Shown one piece after another: positions 1 to 7,920 of a stretch of 64,000 bases of DNA. The stretch covers positions 1,361,412 through 1,425,411 of the forward strand of contig OY970270.1 of assembly GCA_963715765.1 (NCBI GenBank). Reading direction: 5' to 3'. The stretch comes from an uncultured Solirubrobacterales bacterium. GTDB lineage: Bacteria > Actinomycetota > Thermoleophilia > Solirubrobacterales > Solirubrobacteraceae. How positions within the stretch are numbered: the stretch's first letter is position 1; every line of letters begins with the position of its first letter. Position numbers and translations under genes: made by a program. Below the pieces are notes generated by a model. The model worked only from the letters and a program-made list of their open reading frames with translations. It searched no databases and was not told the DNA's origin.

Positions 1-1069
1 CAGGGACAGTGTGGTCGAGCAGCACCGACACATGCTGGCTTTCGACCGTGCCCGGGGCGATCGTTTCGTGGGTCACGGTCTTGCTCACGCCGAGCGTGCT
101 GCTGGTCGTTTCGTGCTTGTAGTTGGACTTGCCACCGGCGCTGGTCCCGGTGGGGAGGTTCGCGGTGCCTGTAGCGCCACCGGCACTCGAGCCGTTGCCG
201 GTGAGCGTCTCCAGGTCCTTGCTCTGCTGCAAGGGCACGCCGGCCTTCCCGTAGGTGAGCTTTTCCTGGGTGGCCTGGTTGACGTTCATGTTCGCGTACA
301 CCAGCACCTGCGCCTTGCCGGGACCGAGGATCTGCGCGAGCACCGCGTCGAGACTCGCGCCCGTGCCCTGGTCGTAGCGCTGCTCGGCTTCCTGCACGCT
401 GTTGCCGCCATTCCCAGCGCTACCCGAGGACTGCGGCCACAACAGCTGCCCGGAGGCGCCGGTGATCGTCACCTTGTTGAGCGCCAGCCCGGGCACGCTG
501 GAGCTCACCAGCTGAGCGATCCCCTGCACCGAGGTGGGCGCCAGTGAGGTGGTCCCCGACAGCAGCACCGCGGCCGAGGAGATGCTTTGGTTTTCGCCGA
601 ACACCTGGCTCTGAGAGCTCGGCAGCACTAGCTCCACCTGCGCCCCTGAGACCCCCTGCACGGAGTCGATCGTCTGCTCCAGTTGTCCCTGCAGGGCGCG
701 CTGATAGGTGACCTGCTGCTGGAAATTGCTTTCGCCGAGGTTCTCTTTTTCAAACAGCGAGAAGCCCGGCTGGGTGTCGCCGAGCAGGCCCGCGCCGGCA
801 AGGGCCACACGCGCCTCTGCGGTCTGGTTGGACTGCACCGCAAGCGCGGTGCCGTTGTTTTGCAGCTCGTAGTTGACGCCGTGCTCGCTGAGCGCACTCG
901 TCATCTTGCCGGTCTGGGAGGGTTCCAGGCCGCTGACGAGCGTCGAGTAGCTCGGCTGGGAGACCAGGTGCAGGAACAGGTAGATGAACAGGATCGCGCC
1001 CACCGCGAACCCTCCCGCGATCAACCATCCGCGAGTGGTGAGCCGCGAAGCCAGTTGAGCGATCGGCAT
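1..1069 (-). CDS. fliF: Flagellar M-ring protein FliF, N-terminal ~356 aa (gene continues past the left edge)
   Basis: Not in the ORF track because there is no stop in the window. The reverse frame opens at ATG 1069, 3 nt after the fliE stop, and stays open to position 1. It reads MPIAQLASRLTTRGWLIAGGFAVGAILFIYLFLHLVSQPSYSTLVSGLEPSQTGKMTSALSEHGVNYELQNNGTALAVQSNQTAEARVALAGAGLLG..., a TM helix followed by a FliF/YscJ-type ring motif. The position after flgB-flgC-fliE is canonical. Confidence 0.85.
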   Translation of the reverse strand, partial: MPIAQLASRLTTRGWLIAGGFAVGAILFIYLFLHLVSQPSYSTLVSGLEPSQTGKMTSALSEHGVNYELQNNGTALAVQSNQTAEARVALAGAGLLGDTQPGFSLFEKENLGESNFQQQVTYQRALQGQLEQTIDSVQGVSGAQVELVLPSSQSQVFGENQSISSAAVLLSGTTSLAPTSVQGIAQLVSSSVPGLALNKVTITGASGQLLWPQSSGSAGNGGNSVQEAEQRYDQGTGASLDAVLAQILGPGKAQVLVYANMNVNQATQEKLTYGKAGVPLQQSKDLETLTGNGSSAGGATGTANLPTGTSAGGKSNYKHETTSSTLGVSKTVTHETIAPGTVESQHVSVLLDHTVP

Positions 1070-1072
1070 CGG

Positions 1073-1513
1073 CTATACCTGCGTTTGGAAGATGCTCTGG
1101 GCCGCTTCGGTGGCCTTGGTGCGCAGCTGGGACGCCAGGTCCATCGCCATCTGTGCGTCCTCGACGGTCACCACCGCACTCTCCGGGTCCTTGGCCGTGC
1201 CGGTGGCAAGCGACTGAGCGGCGCTGCTGGCGCTCTGCTGGGTGCTTTCAAGCGAGGAGATCGCTTCGGAGAGCTCGCTGCCAAAGCCGCCAGGTCCGCT
1301 GCCGCCGGCCCCTTCGGTGCCACTGGTGCCTTCCAGACCGCCGGCGCCACTGGTCCCGTCGATTCCGCCTGCCCCCCCTGTGCCACCCGCGCCTTCCAGA
1401 CTCAAGCCCGACTGACCGCTCCCGGCCAGACCACCGCTGGTCTGACCCGACGCGGCGTTTGTCAAGCGTTCACTCAGATTCCCCGCCAGTCCGCCGACTG
1501 CGGGGATGATCAT
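1073..1513 (-). CDS. fliE: Flagellar hook-basal body complex protein FliE, with a Gly/Ser-rich N-terminal part
   Basis: 146 aa. The C-terminus VTVEDAQMAMDLASQLRTKATEAAQSIFQTQV matches the conserved FliE C-terminal helix. The start overlaps the flgC stop (1510-1513). Confidence 0.85.
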   Translation of the reverse strand: MIIPAVGGLAGNLSERLTNAASGQTSGGLAGSGQSGLSLEGAGGTGGAGGIDGTSGAGGLEGTSGTEGAGGSGPGGFGSELSEAISSLESTQQSASSAAQSLATGTAKDPESAVVTVEDAQMAMDLASQLRTKATEAAQSIFQTQV

Positions 1514-1959
1514 TTGAGCACTCCGAGCGTCGCGGTGAACATCGACTTAGCGGTCTGCATCGCGGTCACATCGGACTGGTAGGACTGCGACTCGGAGATC
1601 AGGTCCGTCATTTCGGTGACGGTGCTTACGTTGGGCATCTTCACATAGCCCTGGGCGTCGGCTTCGGGATTGCCGGGGTCATATACCTGCTGGTCGGGGG
1701 TGGCGTCGCTGACGATCCCGCTCACTTCGACCCCACCCGCGGGCGGTGCGTTTTCTGCCTGCTGGATCGCTCCCGACAGCGCGCCACTGAAGCCGCCTTC
1801 TCCGGCCTGTTTGAGCTCCACCTCCTGGCGCTGATAGGGCTGCCCGCCCGCGGCCTTCGTGGTGTCGACGTTGGCGAGGTTCTCGGAGGTCACGTCCATG
1901 CGCACCCGCTCCGCGGTCAAACCGCTGCCGGCGATACCGATCGCTTCGAAGAGCCCCAT
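1510..1959 (-). CDS. flgC: Flagellar basal-body rod protein FlgC
   Basis: MGLFEAIGIAGSGLTAERVRMDVTSENLANVDTT... is the rod-protein N-terminal motif. The C-terminal SYQSDVTAMQTAKSMFTATLGVLK and the gene order also fit. Confidence 0.9.
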   Translation of the reverse strand: MGLFEAIGIAGSGLTAERVRMDVTSENLANVDTTKAAGGQPYQRQEVELKQAGEGGFSGALSGAIQQAENAPPAGGVEVSGIVSDATPDQQVYDPGNPEADAQGYVKMPNVSTVTEMTDLISESQSYQSDVTAMQTAKSMFTATLGVLK

Positions 1960-1981
1960 CAGCCGGCCCAGGCGGTTGCAC

Positions 1982-2335
1982 TCATGGGGTGACCCCGATG
2001 GCTGCGCTGACGATGCTGTTGCGGGTGCTCAGCACCTGCGTGATGGCCTGGTAGTCGAGACCGTTTTCGGCGAGCTTTGCCGATTCCTGATCGACGCTCA
2101 CGCTACTGCCGTTGGGACCGTCCTCTTCGGGCTGCGCTTCGGTTTGGAACTGAAGCTGCCCAAGTTCCTCGCCATTACTCATCGCGCTCTGCAATTCGGA
2201 CTCGAAGTTGACTTCCTGGCGTTTGTAGCCGGGCGTGTCGGCGTTGGCGATGTTGCTCGTCAGGGCGGTCTCACGCTGCCAGGAACCACGCATCGCGGCC
2301 TCGAGCAGCTGCTGGGTCGAATCGACGAGAGCCAT
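1982..2335 (-). CDS. flgB: Flagellar basal-body rod protein FlgB
   Basis: Internal ATG at 2335 of track ORF 1982..2434 gives MALVDSTQQLLEAAMRGSWQRETALTSNIANADTPGYKRQEVNFE.... GAGGGA lies 7 nt upstream of the ATG. Confidence 0.85.
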   Translation of the reverse strand: MALVDSTQQLLEAAMRGSWQRETALTSNIANADTPGYKRQEVNFESELQSAMSNGEELGQLQFQTEAQPEEDGPNGSSVSVDQESAKLAENGLDYQAITQVLSTRNSIVSAAIGVTP

Positions 2336-2348
2336 ATACCGTCCCTCG

Positions 2349-2375
2349 TAATCGGCAGCGCCGGCCTGGTCTTTA
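2349..2375 (-). promoter_or_regulatory. Sigma-28 (FliA)-type promoter candidate upstream of flgB
   Basis: The minus strand reads TAAA-GACCAGGCCGGCGCT-GCCGATTA with a 15-nt spacer. Positions were checked against the codons of track ORF 1859..2530. Consensus is TAAA-N15-GCCGATAA. Confidence 0.6.
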
Positions 2376-2387
2376 GGACCCCTTCGC

Positions 2388-2741
2388 TCAGGCCCGGTGA
2401 TCCAAGCGGGAGCGACGGGGCAGCTGGCCCGCATAGCCGTCGGCCGCGCGCCTGGCGCGCGCGCTCGTGCCGATCTCCGCCAGCAGCGACTCGCGCAAGC
2501 GGACCAGCTCGATGCGAGCGCGTTCGTTGATCAGCCGCGCCCGTCGCAGCAGCGGCACGGCATCGGCCGGTGGGCTGGCCGGCAGATCGCTGGTCAACTC
2601 CTCCCAGCGCTGTCCCAGTGCGAGGAGACCCTCGACTTCACCGCGGCCGACCAGCTCCAGTTCCAGCTCGGCGTGCTCGTGGATCGCCTCATAGGGACGC
2701 AGTGCCGCTGTGTGCTCGCTTGTGCCCGCAAAGGTGCTCAC
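2388..2741 (-). CDS. Hypothetical helical protein in the fliT position (possible flagellar chaperone)
   Basis: GTG at 2741 overlaps the fliS TGA (GTGA). 117 aa, VSTFAGTSEHTAALRPYEAIHEHAELELELVGRGEVEGLLALGQRWEEL.... I recognise no family motif, so the function is inferred from position only. Confidence 0.45.
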   Translation of the reverse strand: MSTFAGTSEHTAALRPYEAIHEHAELELELVGRGEVEGLLALGQRWEELTSDLPASPPADAVPLLRRARLINERARIELVRLRESLLAEIGTSARARRAADGYAGQLPRRSRLDHRA

Positions 2742-3121
2742 GTGCGGGCGATCTCCTCGGCGACCTGGGCCCATGCTTCGCGCAGCTCGCCCAACAGCTC
2801 GCTGACCTCTTCGAGCTTGCCCGCGTCCTGCTCGCGACGGCCGGCGTTGAGGTGAGCCAGGCAGAACTGGTAGATCGTATGCAAACGTTCTGGAACTTCG
2901 CCCTGATCGAAATCGAGGATTCCGTCGAGATGTGCGATTATCAACTCAGCGCGGCGCAGGGTGTTGTGCGCGCGCTCGACCTGGCCCTCGCGCATCGCCA
3001 CGTTCGCCTGGCGCAGGAAGCGTCGCGCACCGTCGTAGAGCATCACCACCAACTCCCCTGGAGTGGCCGCGAGCACGGCGCCCTGGCGGTATGCCGCCGG
3101 CGATGCGGTGAGGTTGCTCAT
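2738..3121 (-). CDS. fliS: Flagellin-specific export chaperone FliS
   Basis: Internal ATG at 3121 gives MSNLTASPAAYRQGAVLAATPGELVVMLYDGARRFLRQANVAMREGQVERAHNTLRRAELIIAHLDGILDFDQGEVPERLHTIYQFCLAHLNAG.... The ATGA overlaps the fliD stop. Confidence 0.9.
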   Translation of the reverse strand: MSNLTASPAAYRQGAVLAATPGELVVMLYDGARRFLRQANVAMREGQVERAHNTLRRAELIIAHLDGILDFDQGEVPERLHTIYQFCLAHLNAGRREQDAGKLEEVSELLGELREAWAQVAEEIART

Positions 3122-4512
3122 GCCTTGGCGGCCACCAGCGAGGCTTCTTGGGAGGTGAGCCAGTCGGCCTGTGAGGTGTTCTGCGATATCGCGCTTTCCA
3201 GCGCGGCGTAAGTGGCCTGCAGCGCCTTTTCGCGCACGGCAAGCATTTCGTTCATGTTCGTGATCTGGCTGGTCAACTCGGTGATCTGCGTGGTGTCGCC
3301 TGTGGCTCTTGCTTCGAGCGTCCCGCCGGGACCAGCCACGCCTTCGAGCGTGCTCTGCAGGCCCTGCGACCACTTCTCGAGCATCTGCTGCACGCCGGCC
3401 GGGTTGGTCTTGATCGCTTCGGAGAGCTTGGTGGAGTTGACCGTCAACAGCCCTTCGATCGAGGCCTGAGAGGCTCCGCCAGCCGCAGGGGCGCCCGTGC
3501 TGATCCCGATGTCGCTTGGGTTGGACATTTCGGCGGCAAGCCCGACGATCGGTTCGTACATGCTCTCGCGCATGTTGGAGAGCAGGCTCTCCAATTCGAA
3601 ATCGCCAAAGAGCGTGCCGGTGCCGTATTCAGCCGCGCTGGTCGGCTTGGCGATCGGCTTTGTGCTTAGCTGCTTCTGAATCGCTTCGACGGTCGAGTTG
3701 TAGAGCTTGACGAACGACTGCACCTGCGCTTCCACAGCGCTGACGCTGGCTCCCGGCGCCTGTACGTCGATCGTCACCGGGCCGGTGGTGGTCAGTCCGT
3801 TCAGCGTGAGCGTGACGCCGGCGATCGCATTTGAGACAGTGTTGGATGTCGAGGTCCCCGCGACTCCGTCGACGGTGTATTCGGCGTTCTTTCCTTCCTT
3901 GGCGGTGCCGGCCTTTTCGACAAGCGTGGCGCCGGGATCGCTCACCTGGATGAATTCCGCTCCGGTGTTGCCTGTCGCGCGGTTGGATAGCACCAGGGTG
4001 TTGCCTTCAAGCACCGCGGCGTACACGGTCGAGCTGCTGTCGGAGTTGATCGCGTTTGCGAATTCCTTGGCGCTCTCGCCGGCCTTGACCGTGAAGCTGT
4101 TGCCGTCGATCGTGAACGTGTCTTCGGCGGCGGGGCTCGTGAACGTGAAGGTGCGCTGAGCCGAGTTGGCGAGCTGCGTGACTTCCACCTCATAGCCGCC
4201 GATGGCGGCTCCGTCGCTGGTGGCCGCGCTGACTCGCGTGGGTTCGCTGGAGGTGACCGCCTGCGAGGTTTCAAACAGCGAGGGCGTGCTGAATTCCGAG
4301 GCGGCGAGCGCCAGTTGCTGGAGGCTGCTCTGAACGCTCGCCAGCTCCTTCTGCTGGCCCTGCAGCTTTTCCTGGGCGTCGGTGAGCCGTGTGACCGGCT
4401 CGCGTTCGACGGCCATCAGCGCAGAGATGATCGAGCTCGTGTCAAGCCCTGAGGCGAGACCCGAGATGGCGATCGGCGAACCGGCGGTGGAGTTGACTGC
4501 GAGCGACGACAT
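3118..4512 (-). CDS. fliD: Flagellar filament cap protein FliD (HAP2)
   Basis: 464 aa. N-terminus ISGLASGLDTSSIISALMAVEREPVTRLTDAQEKLQGQQKEL and a C-terminal coiled coil ...ALESAISQNTSQADWLTSQ. Confidence 0.9.
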   Translation of the reverse strand: MSSLAVNSTAGSPIAISGLASGLDTSSIISALMAVEREPVTRLTDAQEKLQGQQKELASVQSSLQQLALAASEFSTPSLFETSQAVTSSEPTRVSAATSDGAAIGGYEVEVTQLANSAQRTFTFTSPAAEDTFTIDGNSFTVKAGESAKEFANAINSDSSSTVYAAVLEGNTLVLSNRATGNTGAEFIQVSDPGATLVEKAGTAKEGKNAEYTVDGVAGTSTSNTVSNAIAGVTLTLNGLTTTGPVTIDVQAPGASVSAVEAQVQSFVKLYNSTVEAIQKQLSTKPIAKPTSAAEYGTGTLFGDFELESLLSNMRESMYEPIVGLAAEMSNPSDIGISTGAPAAGGASQASIEGLLTVNSTKLSEAIKTNPAGVQQMLEKWSQGLQSTLEGVAGPGGTLEARATGDTTQITELTSQITNMNEMLAVREKALQATYAALESAISQNTSQADWLTSQEASLVAAKA

Positions 4513-4519
4513 CGAGGTC

Positions 4520-4903
4520 TTACGCCGAACGCTTTCCGGTGAGGTCTCGCACCGGCTTTCCGGCGGCGATCTCCAGCGCCTCTGAAATCGAAATGCTCTT
4601 CACGGTTTTGTCCTTGCGATCGGAAAGCTCGACGGTCACCCGCCCCCCCTGGCCTTCGGAGAAGCGCAGCTCATGTCCGCTTTCGCGCATTTCGCGGCTT
4701 ATCCTTCCCGCGGCGGCCACCTGGTCCAGCACCTCCGGCGGCGGCGCGCCGCTGTCGTCCTGGCCTGCGAGCGCACGATCGCTCGCGGCGAGCTCAGACT
4801 CGAATGCGACCGGCTCGACCGCATTTCCCCTCATGAACCGCATTTGACGTGGTGAGCCCGAAGGGGTGGACGGGCCATTGAATGGCATGATCGGCGAGGT
4901 CAT
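4520..4903 (-). CDS. flaG: FlaG family flagellar protein
   Basis: ATG at 4903 with GGGAGA upstream. 127 aa ending ...HELRFSEGQGGRVTVELSDRKDKTVKSISISEALEIAAG, a FlaG-like C-terminal motif. Sits directly upstream of fliD. Confidence 0.75.
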   Translation of the reverse strand: MTSPIMPFNGPSTPSGSPRQMRFMRGNAVEPVAFESELAASDRALAGQDDSGAPPPEVLDQVAAAGRISREMRESGHELRFSEGQGGRVTVELSDRKDKTVKSISISEALEIAAGKPVRDLTGKRSA

Positions 4904-4976
4904 ATTGCGTTTTCTCCCTGAAAACGTGTGACGCGACCCGGTCCCTGGGCCGCCTCGCGATTGATATCTCCCAAGG

Positions 4977-5003
4977 TAATCGGCCTCTCTGGGAAAAACT
5001 TTA
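4977..5003 (-). promoter_or_regulatory. Sigma-28 (FliA)-type promoter candidate upstream of flaG-fliD-fliS
   Basis: The minus strand reads TAAA-GTTTTTCCCAGAGAG-GCCGATTA with a 15-nt spacer, about 73 nt upstream of the flaG ATG. Positions were checked against track ORF 4928..5455. Confidence 0.7.
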
Positions 5004-5090
5004 TTGCGGGTCGCCCATTTGGCGCGATGGGTACGTGCAACTCGGGCGCAGGCCGCCCACCGGAGTACCGGCGCGCAGCGGCCCGAGCGT

Positions 5091-7631
5091 CTACGCGGTC
5101 GCAACATGCGCTTGGGATAGAAGGCTTGCCGCGTCCTCATTGTCGGGATCGCGCGAGAGCGCAGCGGCAGCAAAGTCGCCCATCTCCTGCGGCATGCCTC
5201 TGGCGGCTGCCACGCGGGCGAGACCCAGTAGAGCCGGGACGTCGGGCTCCTGCTCGCACACTGCCATCCACTCCTGCGCCGCGGAGGCCACGAATCCACG
5301 CCGCAGATACATATCGGCAAGCAGCTCGCGTCGCTCGCGCGGCTGTAGCGGGGTGCGCTCCAGCGCACCAAGCAGCACTTCGAAGCTCTCGAAGTCGTGC
5401 ACACGCAGCAGTGCCTCGAGCATCACCTCCAGCAGCGGCACAGCCTGCGCGGTGAGCAATCCCATATCCCCCCGGAGGGGTGCAGACATGCGCCGAACGA
5501 TGAGAGGTCGCGATGCCTGCTCGGGAGGCAATAGCGAGGGCTGCTCGGAAGGCGGCGACAAGGGCTCCTCAGGAGGTGGCGGCAAGGGCCACTCGGAAGA
5601 TGACGACAACGGTTGCTCGGCTCTCGCGCTCACAAGCTCTCGCCAGAGAGCGAACAGGTCGAGCTCATACGCCGGCATACCCGCCTCACGAGCGCGCTCG
5701 AAGGCACCCTCGGCGTCCTCCGTTTCGCTCTCACCGCCGGCGAGCCGCGCGAACAGCTCGGTCCGGCGCGCGAGCACGGCGAGCGGGTCATCGCCCGCTA
5801 GCCCGCACGCCACCTCGGTGGCCTCGCCGTAGCGCCGCTGCGCCAGCAGCGCCTCCCCCAGCGCCACGCGCGCGCGACCGGAGTGCGGCTGGCGTGCGAG
5901 CACCGTCCTGAACTGAACCTCTCCGGCGGCCGTTGCGCCGGCCTCATACAGCGCGGTGCCGAGCATGAAGCGAGCCGCGGGCGAGAGGTCGGGCATGTGC
6001 CGCTCGACGCTCGCCACAACCTCATCCGGCTCGACTCCGTTTGCCAGCAGCGCGGCGGCGTAGGGCATCACCGAGCCGATGAACCGCGGATGCTCGCGCA
6101 GGCAGTGCTCCAGCAGCCGCGCTGCCGCCCCGTGATCGCCCCCGCAACGGCTCAGCTCGGCCAATTGGAGCCTCGGGAGGTAGCTGCCGCAGCCAAGCGT
6201 CGCGGTGTAGCGATTCGGCGCGTCGCCCATCTCGATGCAACGCTCGAGCAACAGGGTCGCACGCTCGTTCTGGCCCAGTGCAATCGCGGCAATTGCCTGC
6301 TCGAACACGAGATCGGTGAATCCGTCGAAGCGCTCGAGTCCTTCCTGCGCCCGTGCGATCGCGTCCACCGGACGCCCACACGCACGCAGCGCCTTGACCA
6401 TACGGCTCATCAGCGCAGGGGCAAACTGGTAGCTGTCGCGGTCAGGAAAATCCTCGAGCAGCGTCCAGGCGCGCTCGAACTCGATGAGCGCGGCCGCCGG
6501 TTCGTCGGCGGCCGCATACTCCGAGCCGAGGTTGTAGTGCAGAAATGGCGTCGGCGGACTCTCGGCCTGCTGCAAGCGCAGCAGCTCAATGTTGCGACGC
6601 GACTTTTCGCGGCTGTCGCGCACCGCTCCGAGATAGCCGTAGTGCTCGATGCGAACGCTGGTGGCCTCCACCCGCTCGGGCAGATACCCCGGCAGTCGTC
6701 CCGCGATCTGCTCGTGCAAGCGTCCCTCGAAGCGGTACTCGGGCCGGTTGCGAAACACGCGCAGCGCGTTGTGCGTGACGGCCGTCCCGTCCTCGAGATC
6801 GCCGGTGTGGTTGGTCTCGGACAGATAGAACGCCTCGCGCCAGGTGCGCCCCGTCAGCGAGCGCAGCAGCGGAATGTCCTGCTCCACGAGCACCTCGTCC
6901 GCGTCGAGGAAGATCACCCAGTCTCCGCCAGCCGCATCGAACGACACGTTGCGCGCCTGCGCAAAGGATCCCGTCCACTCGTGAAAGAGCACGCGCGCTC
7001 CGAACGAGCGAGCGATCTCGACCGTGGCGTCGGTCGAACCGGTGTCGACCACCACGATCTCATCGACCGCATCGGCGACCGCGCTCAAACAGCGCGGCAG
7101 CATGTCCTGCTCGTCGCGCACGATCATGCACAGACTGAGCCGCAGGCCCTCGGCCGGCTGGGCGAGCGGCGCGATCTCGAGCGCACGGTCGGCAAGCGCG
7201 GGGATCGCGGGGTGAAGTGGAGAGGAGCGCCGCGCCCCATGCAATTGACGCCTTCGCCCTTCGAGTGCGGCAAGGTTGCAATCGAGCTGCTCCAGACGGG
7301 GATCGAGGCGTCTCGAAGCCTCGAACATCGCTTGGGCCGCATCGAGGCTCCACAACTCGTAGAGCGCGACGCCCGCATAGTTGAGCAGCTTGGGCTCGCG
7401 AGGCTCACGCTCCAGTATCTCCAAAGCGCCGGCCGCGACGATCGCAAACGTCTCTGGAAGAAGCGCGGATGGGATGTCCGCACTCATCTGGAGACCTCGC
7501 TCGATCAGATTGACACCAGCCTGATAGCAGCGGTGGCGATCCTCGATCGACTCGAGTCGCCCGAACAGCTCGCGATAGCCGGCAAGCTCGTCCTTGGGGT
7601 CGGTGGCTGTAGCGCGACGGGCCATCTTCAC
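5091..7631 (-). CDS. Family-2 glycosyltransferase flanked by TPR repeats (846 aa), candidate flagellin glycosyltransferase
   Basis: The GT2 core spans about aa 165-260: LSLCMIVRDEQDMLPRCLSAVADAVDEIVVVDTGSTDATVEIARSFGARVLFHEWTGSFAQARNVSFDAAGGDWVIFLDADEVLV. TPR-like helical repeats lie on both sides. A Pro-rich linker reads PLSSSSEWPLPPPPEEPLSPPSEQPSLLPPEQ. Confidence 0.8.
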   Translation of the reverse strand: MKMARRATATDPKDELAGYRELFGRLESIEDRHRCYQAGVNLIERGLQMSADIPSALLPETFAIVAAGALEILEREPREPKLLNYAGVALYELWSLDAAQAMFEASRRLDPRLEQLDCNLAALEGRRRQLHGARRSSPLHPAIPALADRALEIAPLAQPAEGLRLSLCMIVRDEQDMLPRCLSAVADAVDEIVVVDTGSTDATVEIARSFGARVLFHEWTGSFAQARNVSFDAAGGDWVIFLDADEVLVEQDIPLLRSLTGRTWREAFYLSETNHTGDLEDGTAVTHNALRVFRNRPEYRFEGRLHEQIAGRLPGYLPERVEATSVRIEHYGYLGAVRDSREKSRRNIELLRLQQAESPPTPFLHYNLGSEYAAADEPAAALIEFERAWTLLEDFPDRDSYQFAPALMSRMVKALRACGRPVDAIARAQEGLERFDGFTDLVFEQAIAAIALGQNERATLLLERCIEMGDAPNRYTATLGCGSYLPRLQLAELSRCGGDHGAAARLLEHCLREHPRFIGSVMPYAAALLANGVEPDEVVASVERHMPDLSPAARFMLGTALYEAGATAAGEVQFRTVLARQPHSGRARVALGEALLAQRRYGEATEVACGLAGDDPLAVLARRTELFARLAGGESETEDAEGAFERAREAGMPAYELDLFALWRELVSARAEQPLSSSSEWPLPPPPEEPLSPPSEQPSLLPPEQASRPLIVRRMSAPLRGDMGLLTAQAVPLLEVMLEALLRVHDFESFEVLLGALERTPLQPRERRELLADMYLRRGFVASAAQEWMAVCEQEPDVPALLGLARVAAARGMPQEMGDFAAAALSRDPDNEDAASLLSQAHVATA

Positions 7632-7920
7632 GCATGGTCATCGACCGGGTGCAGCGATATCTGAGCGAGCTTGAGGAGACCGATGCCAGGTCGAACGCTC
7701 ATCCCTCGCGAACAAAATACCTCATCTATCCAGTTGTAAAAGTGTTGTTTGTGCCGAGAGTTGGCTGGCTACCCCCAATCGACCCAATCAAACGATTACG
7801 ACCGGAGCGGCCTGTACGGTCCGCGGCCGAAATCTTCGCAAATAGCGCATCTCGGACCGCGGGCAGGTTTGGCGCACGCGGGGGCACCTGTTCGCAGTTC
7901 CCTCGAAATCGGAGTCGCAA

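Noticed and set aside
11-547. 178-aa plus-strand ORF at the left edge
   Set aside because: It is antisense to the open fliF reading frame, which has clear FliF motifs. It is Arg/Gly/His-rich nonsense typical of high-GC shadow ORFs.
5883-7664. 593-aa plus-strand ORF
   Set aside because: Antisense to the GT2-TPR gene, with an Arg/Leu/Gly-rich composition and no motif. The same applies to 5035..5832 and 5513..5911.
7737-7760. Possible sigma-28 site TAAA-N12-GCCGAGAG upstream of fliA
   Set aside because: The spacer is 12 nt instead of 15 and the -10 is poor, unlike the two N15-GCCGATTA sites.
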